NCBI GenBank assembly: GCA_002633005.1
Contig: NMRA01000192.1
Span: forward strand, 1 to 64,000
Direction of reading: 5' to 3'
Origin: Phoronis australis
Lineage: Eukaryota > Animalia > Phoronida
DNA: 64,000 nucleotides
The notes beneath the pieces were generated by a model. It did no database searches. It had not been told where the DNA came from and saw only the letters and a program-made list of their open reading frames with translations. The position numbers and the translations under genes are program-made. Positions 13,598-25,304 of this stretch are shown piece by piece. Each line of letters opens with the position of its first letter. Position 1 is the stretch's first letter.

Positions 13598-13780
13598 TAA
13601 GAGAATCTATTCTGTCCCAAATCCCAACCCATTACAGTTTCCATATCTCTTTCCTTGAAGAATGACAGGAGTAATTGGCCTGCCTGTTGTCATACCAGAC
13701 AAAAGGCTGCCCTCAGCAGTTAACAAAAGAGCCATATGTTATCAGACATTCACAGCCTGCTAAGTCTGGTAAAGTCATCT

Positions 13781-14649
13781 TTTTTTAATGTTTATTACAA
13801 AATCTTCAGAATACAATGAATATACATAACCCAGAAAACGCCAAGAGGCATTAAATCTGGGTAGAAAAAATACAAAGAAGTCTATATACAATTATTATAT
13901 ATGAATACATAAATAAAAAAAACTGATGTTAAGAATACAATGATATATGACAACGAATGAAAATAATTCATTTTCATACAGATGTATAAAATTCTATCCA
14001 CTCACACAAAGAGATTTAATGTTATAAAGAAATTCTGATACTATTTCAAATAAAACCTTATTTTCGTTTGAGTTAAGTTCTTGACATCCATATAGAAAGA
14101 AATTAATTTTGTTGTACAATTGCGAAATTTCAGAATATTTTTTATAAACATTGGGGTATTGTTCGAGTGCCTGGAAGAGCTGTACCCTCTCCTCCTTGCG
14201 TACCTCACAAGCAAAGAAAACATGAGGATATGTCTGGGTATCTCCACAGGAACACAGAGGCGAAATATTATTAAAATTATGTCTAAATTTCTCGTTGTTT
14301 AGGAATAGACCACATCTTGATCTGTATAGGATTATTTCATGGTTGCGGGGAAGTTTGAATGATGTCAATGGGACTGGCAAGTCTGGAGTAGTGGTATGCA
14401 TTTTAAAGTTATTTTTGAGAGTGACGATTGAAGTGCTTTCTTTTATTTTGAATGGTAAGGAATTCCAGTTGTCAATACAAGTTAATATCGTTGATCTTCT
14501 GAAGGCTTGGCTGATATTGCTTTGCCGGAGTCCTGGTCTCGTGCTTGGTCTTTTGTAGGAGTCAAAGAGGATTTTGTTAGAATAATTGTTTATGTTGGTT
14601 AAGACTTTGAATGTATACACGGACAGGTGGAGTTTACGACGGGTTGCTA
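13781..14649 (-). mobile_element. 5'-truncated CR1/L2-group-like LINE with 12-bp TSD
   Basis: Open ORF2 C-terminus (RRKLHL..FK, WNSLP, YRSRCG, CSCG..Q...HVFFAC), followed by a 3' UTR and A-tail. TSD GTAAAGTCATCT at 13769-13780 and 14650-14661. Confidence 0.88.
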
Positions 14650-14674
14650 GTAAAGTCATCTGAACAGGAGAACA

Positions 14675-14913
14675 CGCAAATGTACCGAAGAGAAGTACTG
14701 CCAGCTGGGATCCACGAATCTCAGACAGCATGCATGTTGTGGTGAATGTCCCAAGAGAGGAGGACCTGTATGAGAGACAACCTTGAGTTCACCTGTGTTG
14801 AGGTGGTAATGATACCAAAGACAGTCGATGACCTGTATGTCACATAATTTATGTGACACATGGCATTCACCTTACTGGTGGCGCACCCCAGTCTTCTGCA
14901 GGAAAGAGGGAAT
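14675..14913 (+). mobile_element. Internal region and PPT of an older copy of the TRIM-like element
   Basis: Reverse-complement homolog of ~16023-16235 (e.g. AGGACCTGTATGAGAGAC.ACCTTG.GTTCACCTGTGTTG). Ends in AGGAAAGAGGGAATGT. Confidence 0.75.
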
Positions 14914-15711
14914 GTAGCCTTGGTACAAAGCTGTACATACTAAATACAAAGCTTTGCGCCGATGAGGGCAAAAAACTGACCAGATAAAATCTGACGCAAA
15001 ATTAGTGTCATTAAAAACTACACCCTTCCTTAAGTACACTAAGTTCATTTACCCGTGGTGGAAAAATTGGCGTTCTACCGTAATTCTGCAGCTGAAGTTA
15101 TACAGCGATCTTATGCGTCGGATTTCGGCGCCAAGAAATATTGCGTCACCTGTTGGCCAATTTCTTTTTTTGCCAATTCTTCATTCAGCTATTGTTCTTT
15201 CACGAGGTTGCGTACACGTCACAACAAAATATTGGAACTGGTTTCACTTCATTACAAGTTTTTAGATTTTTGATACCAGTAAACCGAATATCAGAAGACA
15301 TTTTGCTGCTGCCAAGCTATCATCTCCAGAGAGACGTCGCAAAAATTCAGGAAATAGCGCGTGCACGTTTCACGAGCGTATTGTTTTCCAAACAACGACA
15401 TAATTTTTCTTTGTTAGAAAAAGCGGAGGATTATGCAAGAAAATGACGTTTATTAGATTGTTTTTCACTTAAACAGCTGTAATGGGCAAGGTGGGTGTCT
15501 CTTGACGCCCAAATTTTGCATGCACCCCATCCAGTCTTTAGCTCTACATATTGATACAAGTTTCACAGCCAGGTGATGAGCAGAACTACCCTGGCTGTGT
15601 GCAATTTCGGGGTCTATGGAAGATTAACACACAGTGGTACCTAGCTGTATTTTGACGATAAGTCTTCTTACAGCTAACTGGCTGGCTAAAAGGAATTTTT
15701 TTTTGCTTCCG

Positions 15712-15860
15712 GAATGTTGCTTCCGCCAAACCATATGAGCCTCTGTTAGCCACTCACTAAGTAAGGGACATTTGACAATTATCTGAATAGTTCGCATGCT
15801 TACCGGTTTTATCGGGGTCACTGAATCGATTTCTGCAGGGTCGGGTAATCTCGGCAATTA
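15712..15860 (+). mobile_element. Diverged LTR of the older TRIM-like copy
   Basis: Inverted homolog of 15873-16022 (ATGAGCCTCTGTTAGCCACTC; GGGTCGGGTAATCTCGGC). Confidence 0.75.
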
Positions 15861-15872
15861 TTTAGAGTGCAT

Positions 15873-16409
15873 TGTAGTAATAGCCGAGATTACCCGACCC
15901 AGAAATCGAACCAGCGACCCCCATAAAACCAGCAAGTGTGCTATCCATTCAGCTAATAGGCAATTGCCCGTTAGTGAGTCGCTAAGAGAGGCTCATGATT
16001 CACCGGAAGCACATCTACAACATTCCCCCCTTTCCTACGGAACACGCACGTCACCAGGAAGGTGAACACCAGGATGTCTCGCATACAGGTCATCAACGTC
16101 CCTTGGTACCTTTACCACCACAACACAGGTGAACACAAGGTAGTCTCTCATACAGGTCCTTGACTCCTGGAACCTTCCATGCCCGCCGTCCCGAGGTCCG
16201 TGGGTGCTAGTTGGCAGTGCTTCATCGGTAGATCATCCGTTTGCTGACTATGCCATTTGTAGTAATAGCCGAGATTAGCCGACCCGGGAATCAAATCAAC
16301 GACCCCCATAAAACCGGTGAGCGTGCTAATCTTTCAGCTAATAGGCAATTGCCCGTTAGCGAGTGGCTAACAGAGGCTCATACGATTCACCGGAAGCACA
16401 TCTACAACA
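15873..16409 (-). mobile_element. Complete miniature non-autonomous LTR retrotransposon (TRIM-like)
   Basis: LTRs 16409-16258 and 16022-15873 both run TGT...ACA. PBS TGGCATAGTCAGCA (16255-16242) lies 2 nt after the 5' LTR. PPT AGGAAAGGGGGGAA (16036-16023) abuts the 3' LTR. TSD GCAT at 15869-72 and 16410-13. Confidence 0.9.
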
Positions 16410-16650
16410 GCATCATAGACAACTAGCCATAGTATAGACAGTGATCACCATCTTTCAGGAGAGATGCTGGAGCTCCTATAACTTTGAAGTGAAATAATTC
16501 GGTGGGTAAAACAACAATCCGCTTTTATGCTTGGGCGGACGACCATTGGTTTCCCCAAAGTGTACAATTCTTTACAAAATTGATCCTCTAGGTTTTCTCT
16601 GGAACCTCCATTTCGTAGCAAAATACTCAAATCCAGCACAAAACACTTAC

Positions 16651-16852
16651 TTCTGCATGTGAAACAGGAATCTTCAAAATGCCTTGAACAGATAAATGCT
16701 GTTTTGACATTGAAGAACTTGTCTACTCTATTAATGCACTGTACAAGCTGTTCCTGCCAGTCTCTGTTATATGGCCGCTCAACCTTGTGGAAACTCAAAC
16801 CTCTGCACTTTTCTGAATAGGTGCAACATCCAACTACCGCGCACCGAGACAT
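16651..16852 (-). CDS. THAP gene exon 1 (C2CH THAP zinc-finger DNA-binding domain)
   Basis: MSRCAVVGC...LSFHKV......W...INR......TAFICSRHFEDSCF matches the THAP signature. ATG at 16852. Donor A|GTAAGT at 16650. Confidence 0.85.
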
Positions 16853-17830
16853 AATTGCTTGAACAGTCTTAATTCTAGTGACAGTGGAGAACTTGAGCTC
16901 CGCGTCAATCAGAGTAGTCTGCAAAAATACCGGAAGTAGCCCATGCAGAGGAGCTGGTGTAAGCGACGCCTGGTGGATAACGAGACGCAATGAAGCTAGA
17001 AAGTAGCCTAAGTAAAAACGTTTATTTTAGATCGGTGTGAGTAGATACAAAAAAAGCAAAAACATTAGCCCAAATGTTAGTTAACGATAAAAGTAAATGT
17101 TCAGACATTTTTTACAGAGAGGTATAAATTTTTTCAGGTCATTGCAACATCTTATTGATTCATGCAATGATTTGCTTCGACAAAAACACCTCGATTGTGT
17201 ACCAGTTGAACGAAATCTGGAGACTGACGTCTTCAAGAAGTAGGCTACATTATTGAGTTTGTCGTGTCTTTGTCCACTCTTTACAGGTCCATTGGCCGAG
17301 TTTTGATGATAGATACATTTAACGCACCCCGGGCTAACCCACGTTTGGCTGAACGTGACGGGGAATTCAAAAGTTCTTTCAATCCTGCTTGAATTGTGCT
17401 GTGCATGAACTTAGAATCCTGCGTAATCTCAAGATCGCGTATGCGTGAACTTGGAATTGAATATTCTTTAAAGGAATAATGTGAAATAGTATGTTTAGTA
17501 TAAAGAATTTTTGTTATTATTGACAAATATCACGATCACCCATTTTTTCCTTATACCGTAACTTGCGTCGGCCGAGTAGGAGGAATACGTGAATGCTTAA
17601 ATCAATTATTGTTTGGTGAATAAGATTGCCATAGTTGAAGAGGCTGATTATAATTTACATTTGTTTATTGACATGTAATTTTGAGTTCTTGCAGTGCAAA
17701 TTTTATCAACGTGAACGTGATTATTTTGAGGGAAGTTGTGTCATCTTGAGATCAAGCAGGATTCCAAATTCACACACAGCAGTCGTACGTCCTGTGGCCC
17801 GAAAGGTCGAATAACTAAAGTTTTCAAAGC

Positions 17831-17977
17831 CAGGGGCGGATCCAGGATTTTGAGTTGGGAGGAGGAGGGCATGGCAGAGTCATGATTGGTCAGGATTTTG
17901 CCCATCAAACATTCGCACCTCGAACTCTTTAGGGGGGCGTGCATGGTCCTCTTGGCCCCCCTCTAAATCCGCCAGTG
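17831..17977. mobile_element. MITE with CA..TG ends and 5-bp TSD
   Basis: Ends CAGGGGCGGATCCAG / CTAAATCCGCCAGTG. TSD AAAGC at 17826-30 and 17978-82. Confidence 0.75.
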
Positions 17978-18674
17978 AAAGCGGTCACTAAATCAGTGAT
18001 TTTTTTCAATAAACCAAGTTTTGATTTTAGGGAGTCGTTGACTTACCGATAACTTGATCTTGAATAGTCCGTAAATAGGAGAGATGTGATTTCCAGGCTT
18101 AGAAAGGACTGACAGTGGAGCATTTCTTCAGCAATATCAAGCTCCTGGCCAAACGGTGTGTCGCGTGCGACAATGTCATGCCACAACACGTAGGTCCTAC
18201 GCGGAACTATAGCGATATCATTTTTGTTGCTAATGCTAGGAACATGGTATTATAAAATTTTGACAACTGATGATTGTGCCGGTGCTCGGAACATAAGCTA
18301 GGGGATGCAGAAAACATTCAAAATTCAAATCATAGTTCGGCACATTCGTAAATTCACGTGTTTACATGTGAATCATTCAGCATGAAGAACGAGAGACATG
18401 TGATTATTTAAAACAAAGAACATGGAAGCTTGTGGTGTACCGAAAATCACCAGAAATCAATAAGGCCCTGCAACGTTTAATCGTCTTCATGTTCTCGTCA
18501 ACCGGTTTGGTGGACTGAGAACCGGGACTATCGTTTTCCATTCTCGGCGTGAAAATCCCTGGGAGGGGGGTCGAGATATGATAGTAAAACCCATTGTTGA
18601 GTCCCGTAAAACCAGTTAGTCGAGCCATTTTCTGTGGGCAAGACCTCTCAGTACCGTATGATGAAATAACAAAA

Positions 18675-18878
18675 CATGTGCGCACCCAGCCTTTAATATG
18701 AGGGGGGGGGCTCGGATTTCTGGCGATGCCTTTTGCTGTAAAAAAAGCGGGAGGACTAAAAAAACGGGGTACCACCTTCACTGTGTGTCTGCGCCTTTTT
18801 AGTGGACTTTTGTCTCGTTTTCTCGGACTTTTTGTTTCNGGGGGGGGAGCTCGTTCGAGTCCCCTGGGTGCGCGCATG
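18675..18878. mobile_element. MITE family B, copy 1 (15-bp TIR, 5-bp TSD)
   Basis: TIRs CATGTGCGCACCCAG / CTGGGTGCGCGCATG with TSD CAAAA on both sides. Inverted homolog at 48531-48770. Confidence 0.85.
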
Positions 18879-18996
18879 CAAAATTCACTATTGCGATTGG
18901 CATTCAGTGGAAAACTGTAAACTTACAACGTTGCACATTTAATGGAAACCGTCCTTGGGCAATCATCCATGTACGTAAGGCCCAATTCATCTACGA

Positions 18997-20565
18997 CACA
19001 CATGATCCAAGTAATAACTCTTCAGTCTAGGCCACACCAATGATGGGCAAGTGGAATTCATTTCCGCATGCAACAAAAATAACTTCAGGAAATTTTAGTT
19101 TGCTTTTAACAGGGTTCTTACGCAATGAATAGCCTTCATGAAAAACAACTGCTAAACTTTAAGCATCCGCAGTGAAATACTGAGTCTCCGAGAAATGTAA
19201 AAATGTCCTTTTAGCAATCAATTTGATCCTAAATAGAAGATTTTTGCCGTATTCATGGTACATGGCCACGTGCTGGGAAATATTTTAAGAAGTAATCATT
19301 ATGACGTCTATCAGCAACTCCAACCATGGACACTTTTTCTTATGCTCAATAGATGGCATTTGTGTCGGTCCCAACCAGGGGCCTGTTACACGAAAAGTGA
19401 ATAAAAAATTTCGTCTTTCGCTTCACACAATCATTTCCCATGAATAGATAATATACCTCAGCAAAATACAAAGTCCCTACGAATGTAGTGACATTTGCCA
19501 GTTGGTGACGTAATTTGTTTAAATTGCAGCTAAACTGTGTTGTGCTACAACCATATACAGTTACAGCGAAATGAGAGCGTACTAAGACAAAACTTCTTAC
19601 TAACATGAAGTATAGACAGTTGAAATCGTGCTGACTTCGCTAAGTTGTTGTACGTACAAGGTTCACGGTCACTCATGGGACACGTGGCGGACTGAAGAAT
19701 TGAATAACAATTTGCAAGCGTAAATCGGATGTTAGCGGAAAGCATATTGTTACAACGATAAAACATCACTTGCTGAAAACNCACACATGATCCAAGTAAC
19801 AACTCTTCAGTCTAGGCCACACCAATGATGGGCAAGTGGGATTCATTTCCGCATGCAACAAAAATAACTTCAGGAAATTTTAGTTTGCTTTTAACAGGGT
19901 TCTTACGCAATGAATGGCCTTCATCAAAAACAACTGCTAAATTTTAAGCATCCGCAGTGAAATACTGAGTCTCCGAGAAATGTAAAAATGTCCTTTTAGC
20001 AATCAGTTTGATCCTAAATAGAAGATTTTTGCCGTATTCATGGTACATGGCCACGTGCTGGGAAATATTTTAAGAAGTAATCATTATGACGTCTATCAGC
20101 AACTCCAACCATGGACATTTTTTCTTATGCTCAATAGATGGCATTTGTGTCGGTCCCAACCAGGGGCCTGTTACACGAAAAGTGAATAAAAAAATTCGTC
20201 TTTCGCTTCACACAATCATTTCCCATGAATAGATAATATACCTCAGCAAAATACAAAGTCCCAAAGAATGTAGTGACATTTGCCAGTTGGTGACGTAATT
20301 TGTTTAAATTGCAGCTAAACTGTGTTGTGCTACAACCATATACAGTTACAGCGAAATGAGAGCGTACTAAGACAAAACTTCTTACTAACATGAAGTATAG
20401 ACAGTTGAAATCGTGCTGACTTCGATAACTTGTTGTACGTACAAGGTTCACGGTCACTCATGGGACACGTGGCGGACTGAAGAATTGAATAACAATTTGC
20501 AAGCGTAAATCGGATGTTATCGGAAAGCATATTGTTACAAAGATAAAACATCACTTGCTGAAAAC
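18997..20565. repeat. Near-identical 784-bp tandem duplication split by a single N (probable assembly artefact)
   Basis: 18997-19780 and 19782-20565 differ only by scattered substitutions and small indels. The N at 19781 is exactly at the junction. Confidence 0.9.
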
Positions 20566-23014
20566 AATTTCACTAATTACAAATTATATCCGAACAAAAT
20601 ATGGGATACAATATGAAATACGAAAAAACGTTTTTTCCAACATCCATTGTGGTATTCAATGCATTATCACATCATTTTGTGTTATGTATGTGTTGAACCC
20701 GCTTCGATAACTTTTTGCTTTTGTTTGGAGTCACGGAAAAGTAAATTTGAATCTGTAAAAACAAAATGTGGTCGCACTACACCTAATAAATATTAGGCTA
20801 TACACTCATTGAAATAAAGCAATAAACAAAACTTGGCACATGTCCGCCCCACAATGGCGACAGTAACGATATATGTTTGGCGTTTATTAGTTTGTTTGCC
20901 TATTATTTTGATAAAATCGGTTATAAAATCGCAGATAAAACAACTTGTCACGATTATTTAAAAACGGAGAGCGTCCACAGTCCGTACTTTAAAGCATGGA
21001 TGCAAGATTTGGAAATATTTATTATATAACAACCTTTTTGAAAGCTAGCGGCAAAACATGAGAAGCTTTCAGATTTCATCGATACGCCCCTGCATTGGAA
21101 ACTAAAAATGCGTGACAGTGAAGAATTTTCAAACCAAGACGTAGCTACCAGGGCCTACCAACTACTGTAGGGCGTTCGTGAAACATGAAACGTGACCTCA
21201 GATACAGCTGCTGGACACTGAATAACATTATCTACAGAATCACATGGGAGCAACTTCAGGTAAACACAAATTACAATTGATTGCAATTAAGTCCCGTCAA
21301 AGCCAAACTATTTCGTAACAAGTAAGCTTGAGCACCTATTCAGTACGATCATATAGGATGGGATCACGTTTTTAATGATATCATTGTCACATAAAAGATG
21401 AGCGATCCGATTTCAAAACATTACACATTTTACAAATTAGACCGGCATCGCTGTTATCGTAATTGTCATCTGCATTGTATTCAAGTTAGTTTACTCTGTT
21501 TTTGTAACTGATTCCGTTTTGGCATCTTATTCCGTCTGCCGTTTGAGCGTTGTGTATGTGATCAACAATAGATTAGGATTTCATTCACACATATTTCATT
21601 GTTCAAACGTATAAACGAAACGTTCTCACACGGTCAAGTCTGGTTTAAAGCTGCTCCCACAAACGCAAAATAACAACAGCACAGCATTGGTCATGTTTTA
21701 ATAAAGTTGAATTATAATTTTTTTAGTTTTTGAATATCGTAAGCTATTTGATACCAACCCGCAATCCAAGGCTCGGGAGTCATGAGAAATAGGGGTCTCG
21801 ACCACCATGCAAGGTCACGGGCGAACATTACAGGTTGAGGCTTGACATTGGCGACCACTTGGGGCGTTGCGGAATCAATATATTTAGAGGAAGAGTGGCT
21901 GATTTTAGATGTTTGAGAAACCATTGATTTTTATTCCGTAATGATGCACACATAAACACTACCTAGGTAACAAAAGACCAATAGTTCTCCGGAAATCATG
22001 TAACTTCAGTTTCGTTCAAAACAATATCCAGCTACCTGCGTCTTTACAAATATTTTAACATAAGAAAGCTAAGACCTAAGTAGACAGGTTTGACTGAATA
22101 AAACGAAATGTTAAGTTAATTTCACTATACTTTCTGGTCCATTATAGTAAGAATGCATTACAATTGATAACACCTTCCTGAAAAAAAGGCACGTAAACCG
22201 CGGTAATTGTACTCGTCTTTTCAAGGATAACAAGTAAATAGAAAGACTACTTTCAACTGATAGATTTTATTTCGGTTTCAGGTTTGCTCTAAATCAATGC
22301 TGAAGAATCAGACGGACGCAACAAAACGTGTATGAAATTAGCAATCAACTTTTGGACAGTTCTGCTGTCACCTCAGTCTGTCAACACCCAGAGCCTGAGT
22401 TGTTGTTGCTACGGTTTCACAACGCAATATGGGGAAAGCCCTTTGTAAGACCACTACAAAACATATTATCTGCGATATATTTTTGATTACATCGACCTGA
22501 AACTATTACCGTATAGAGTCGCGTTATCAAAATGGTTCCTGTGGAAGTCCTGTCAACGAGCTGTTGCATGTAGTGGTCCACGATATTAAGCCTTCTAGAA
22601 CATACATAGCCTAGATTGCTTCAGTCAAGGTAACGCCACAAATGTCTAATCGATTCAAACGGTGCTGTAGTAGCCTAGGCCTACACGTCGGGTAAACTAT
22701 TAGCAGGTATTTCGCAAGTGTAATGTTATGTTCGGTGACAAATGTCTATGAAGAAATGGAGAAAATTAGTAACTTTATCCAAAAATATTCATTTTAAAAA
22801 ATGAAAGTCATTGATAACCCAGGGCCCCATGAAAGCATGGAACTCGTCAGCGGAAGTCAAGATTGTAAAAACAATGGCTGGACTACACTCTTTCACAGTG
22901 CTACGAAAGGTAGCACTGTGGGATGTTGTTTAACATGGCTTCTCATTGGTCAAAGCAAGAAGAGATGGTTATAACGACGTCATAACATTCAGTCATTCCC
23001 ATTGGCTGAAATCT

Positions 23015-23170
23015 GGCTCCCATTCAGTAACGCTAGGACCTCGCTAAAAAGCAAGACTTCACGAGATTACGTGAGATATTGCCGTGCATTTTATATGAGG
23101 ACACGTGACTTTGACTAGGTTTTAGCTAGCCGGGTCCTAGCGTAGGTCCTAGCGTCTACTGAACGCACCC
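23015..23170. mobile_element. MITE family C, copy 1
   Basis: Inverted ends TTCAGTAACGCTAGGACCT / AGGTCCTAGCGTCTACTGAA. The core GAGATTACGTGAGATATTG is shared with the 29.1-kb copy. Confidence 0.7.
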
Positions 23171-25304
23171 CGCCTGGGCACTGAACCCGGCCCTTTCAGT
23201 TTACTGACTTGAATAGTTGCAATTTATTAAAACGGGCAGTGATGGATGGTAAACAAAGACATGGGAACTAATAAGCTCAAACAAGTACAGTGCATAGAGG
23301 GCGTATGCAAGTGGTGGCGATGTGATCGATAAACTTCAGACCAAGCATGCGCATTGATGCCCAACCCACACACGTGTGTCGTTCATCTTGTTTCTACAGG
23401 ACCGCTACTTTTCAGTATAGGTGGCGCTGTGTCAGAGGGTATGGCTGGACTTGATGGACTTCGGCGGTTCCGCCAGGTCAACCGGCAAAGACATCTGATT
23501 GAAAGTCACTATCGAAAATTGAACCAATCAGATGTTTTAGCCAATTGATCCGGTGGAACTGGCAAAGTCAGTCCAGCTCACCCAACTTTTTTCCTTGCAT
23601 CCATTCATTTCTGGACAAAATATGCACAAAACTCATTGTCTTGTGCTGATGAATCTCGTGAAAACTGCCATACTATGAACTACTTCTACACCAGAAAGGA
23701 AAATTTTGAGACCAGTTTCGCTAAGTTAAATTGTCTGAGTCAAAAGTTAGCATTTTAGCAGAGGCACGGGCAAACGAATTTCCCAAGGACTCAAAACCAT
23801 ATAAGAAATTCGCTTTATGTGAGTGTTGGTACCCGTGATGGATGCGAGAAGTAGATGCTGTGAGCAAAGGCCGGTTTATGGCATCAGGCGCGGATCCAGT
23901 TGGTAGTCCAGGGTGTCCGAACACCCCTGCTCGGTCACGTTTACATTGTTGCAATGGAAAATCTCAAGCACCCACTATGTTTGTGTTCTGTCGGATTCAC
24001 TAAACAAAATTGTGGAATCGTGACTGTGGGCAGGTTTAATTCGTGCACTACGTGAGCCAGCACACGCGACGTCAGTCCTCTTTTGATCACAATTAATGAG
24101 CTTTAATATTCAAAAATGTAATAGGACCTGACAAAGCCCATTTTTACTCAATGGTGTAATATTCCACGTCTACAATTAAGACTCAAACCGAATTTTGACT
24201 TCTCTATATCCGTTTAGCGCACGAGACGTTGATATATATCAGCAAAACGTAAGCACTGGGCGTGACACAGCTTATTCCTAGTTGCGAATGCAAACTTTTC
24301 CAACAGCTAGGAATATTCATACTCAGTCGCAATTGGTAGGTTTAATTTCTAATACGTCTCAAGTTCTGTTTCTCTTCTGGTGTTGTGAGTCTGCCTAGCC
24401 CTGGGGCTAAAATAACAACTACAATTTGGCTACATAAACCCGGGCGAAGAAGGCATAATGTTGCCTAAATAGGGTTTACATTGCATTAGAAAGACCGTGT
24501 TTGGTTACGCACGTGATTAAATCCTTCCATGACTTATACATTCTACGTGATTTGGCCCCAAACCAATAAGTTTATTGTTACCAATCTGGGGGTGCACTTG
24601 GAATAAAATTTGATAGCGTTTTTCAGGAGTTAGAAATACAAACAGCAGAAAGTCAAATGTAGTGTATTCAACCTAATTGCCACTAAAATGACCTTTCGTC
24701 GACCTCAAAGGAAAGATCTGTTTGTTCTGCTGAAAGGCCAGAGTGGCAAGTATGTGCCTGAAGACAAATTGACCCTTGTGAGGTTTGTTATCATTAATAA
24801 GCATCTGGGGGTCGATGCACAAAATATAATTATCCGGTATTTTAAGCCTATAACACTTTTATAGTGTTTATTTCATTTAACACACAAGAGTGAAATAACA
24901 TATGTACCTGCTCACAAACCGAAGACATTACAGAGAAATATCATTAACGGGAATATAATCATAATTTGTTTCAGTTTTTATACTGGTATTAGAAATACCA
25001 AATTCACTTCCCGCCATTTATATCAATTAGCCTGCATCTAACTAAACTGCAAGGTGACTCTCCCGAGACAGGCCCCACACCTTTGCTTCTATTTTCTTTT
25101 CCAATAAAGACGGAAACTTCGAATTCTTGGGACTATGAATTTTATGTGTTTTTCTCATGTTGATGTCGAGCATTTTTAATGTGCCTCAGTGCTTTTTCCG
25201 TCACTCGCTGCACTTAGTCCGATGAAGTATGAGGAGGCGTGAAATAATGTTTGTAAAGATGGTCTAATTGAGACAAAATTTCACAACTATGAATTCAAGA
25301 GCTT

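Noticed and set aside
16930-16945. CATGGGCTAC as the P-element left TIR
   Set aside because: No matching right TIR or 8-bp TSD was found in the window.
16445-16990. 181-aa ORF as a single-exon THAP gene
   Set aside because: It has a non-ATG start, similarity stops at a consensus GTAAGT donor (16650), and the AVPTIF-like motif is in a separate exon.
18404-18920. ORFs 18404-18877, 18726-18920 (and 48364-48753) with mutual similarity
   Set aside because: The similarity comes from the non-coding MITE family B.
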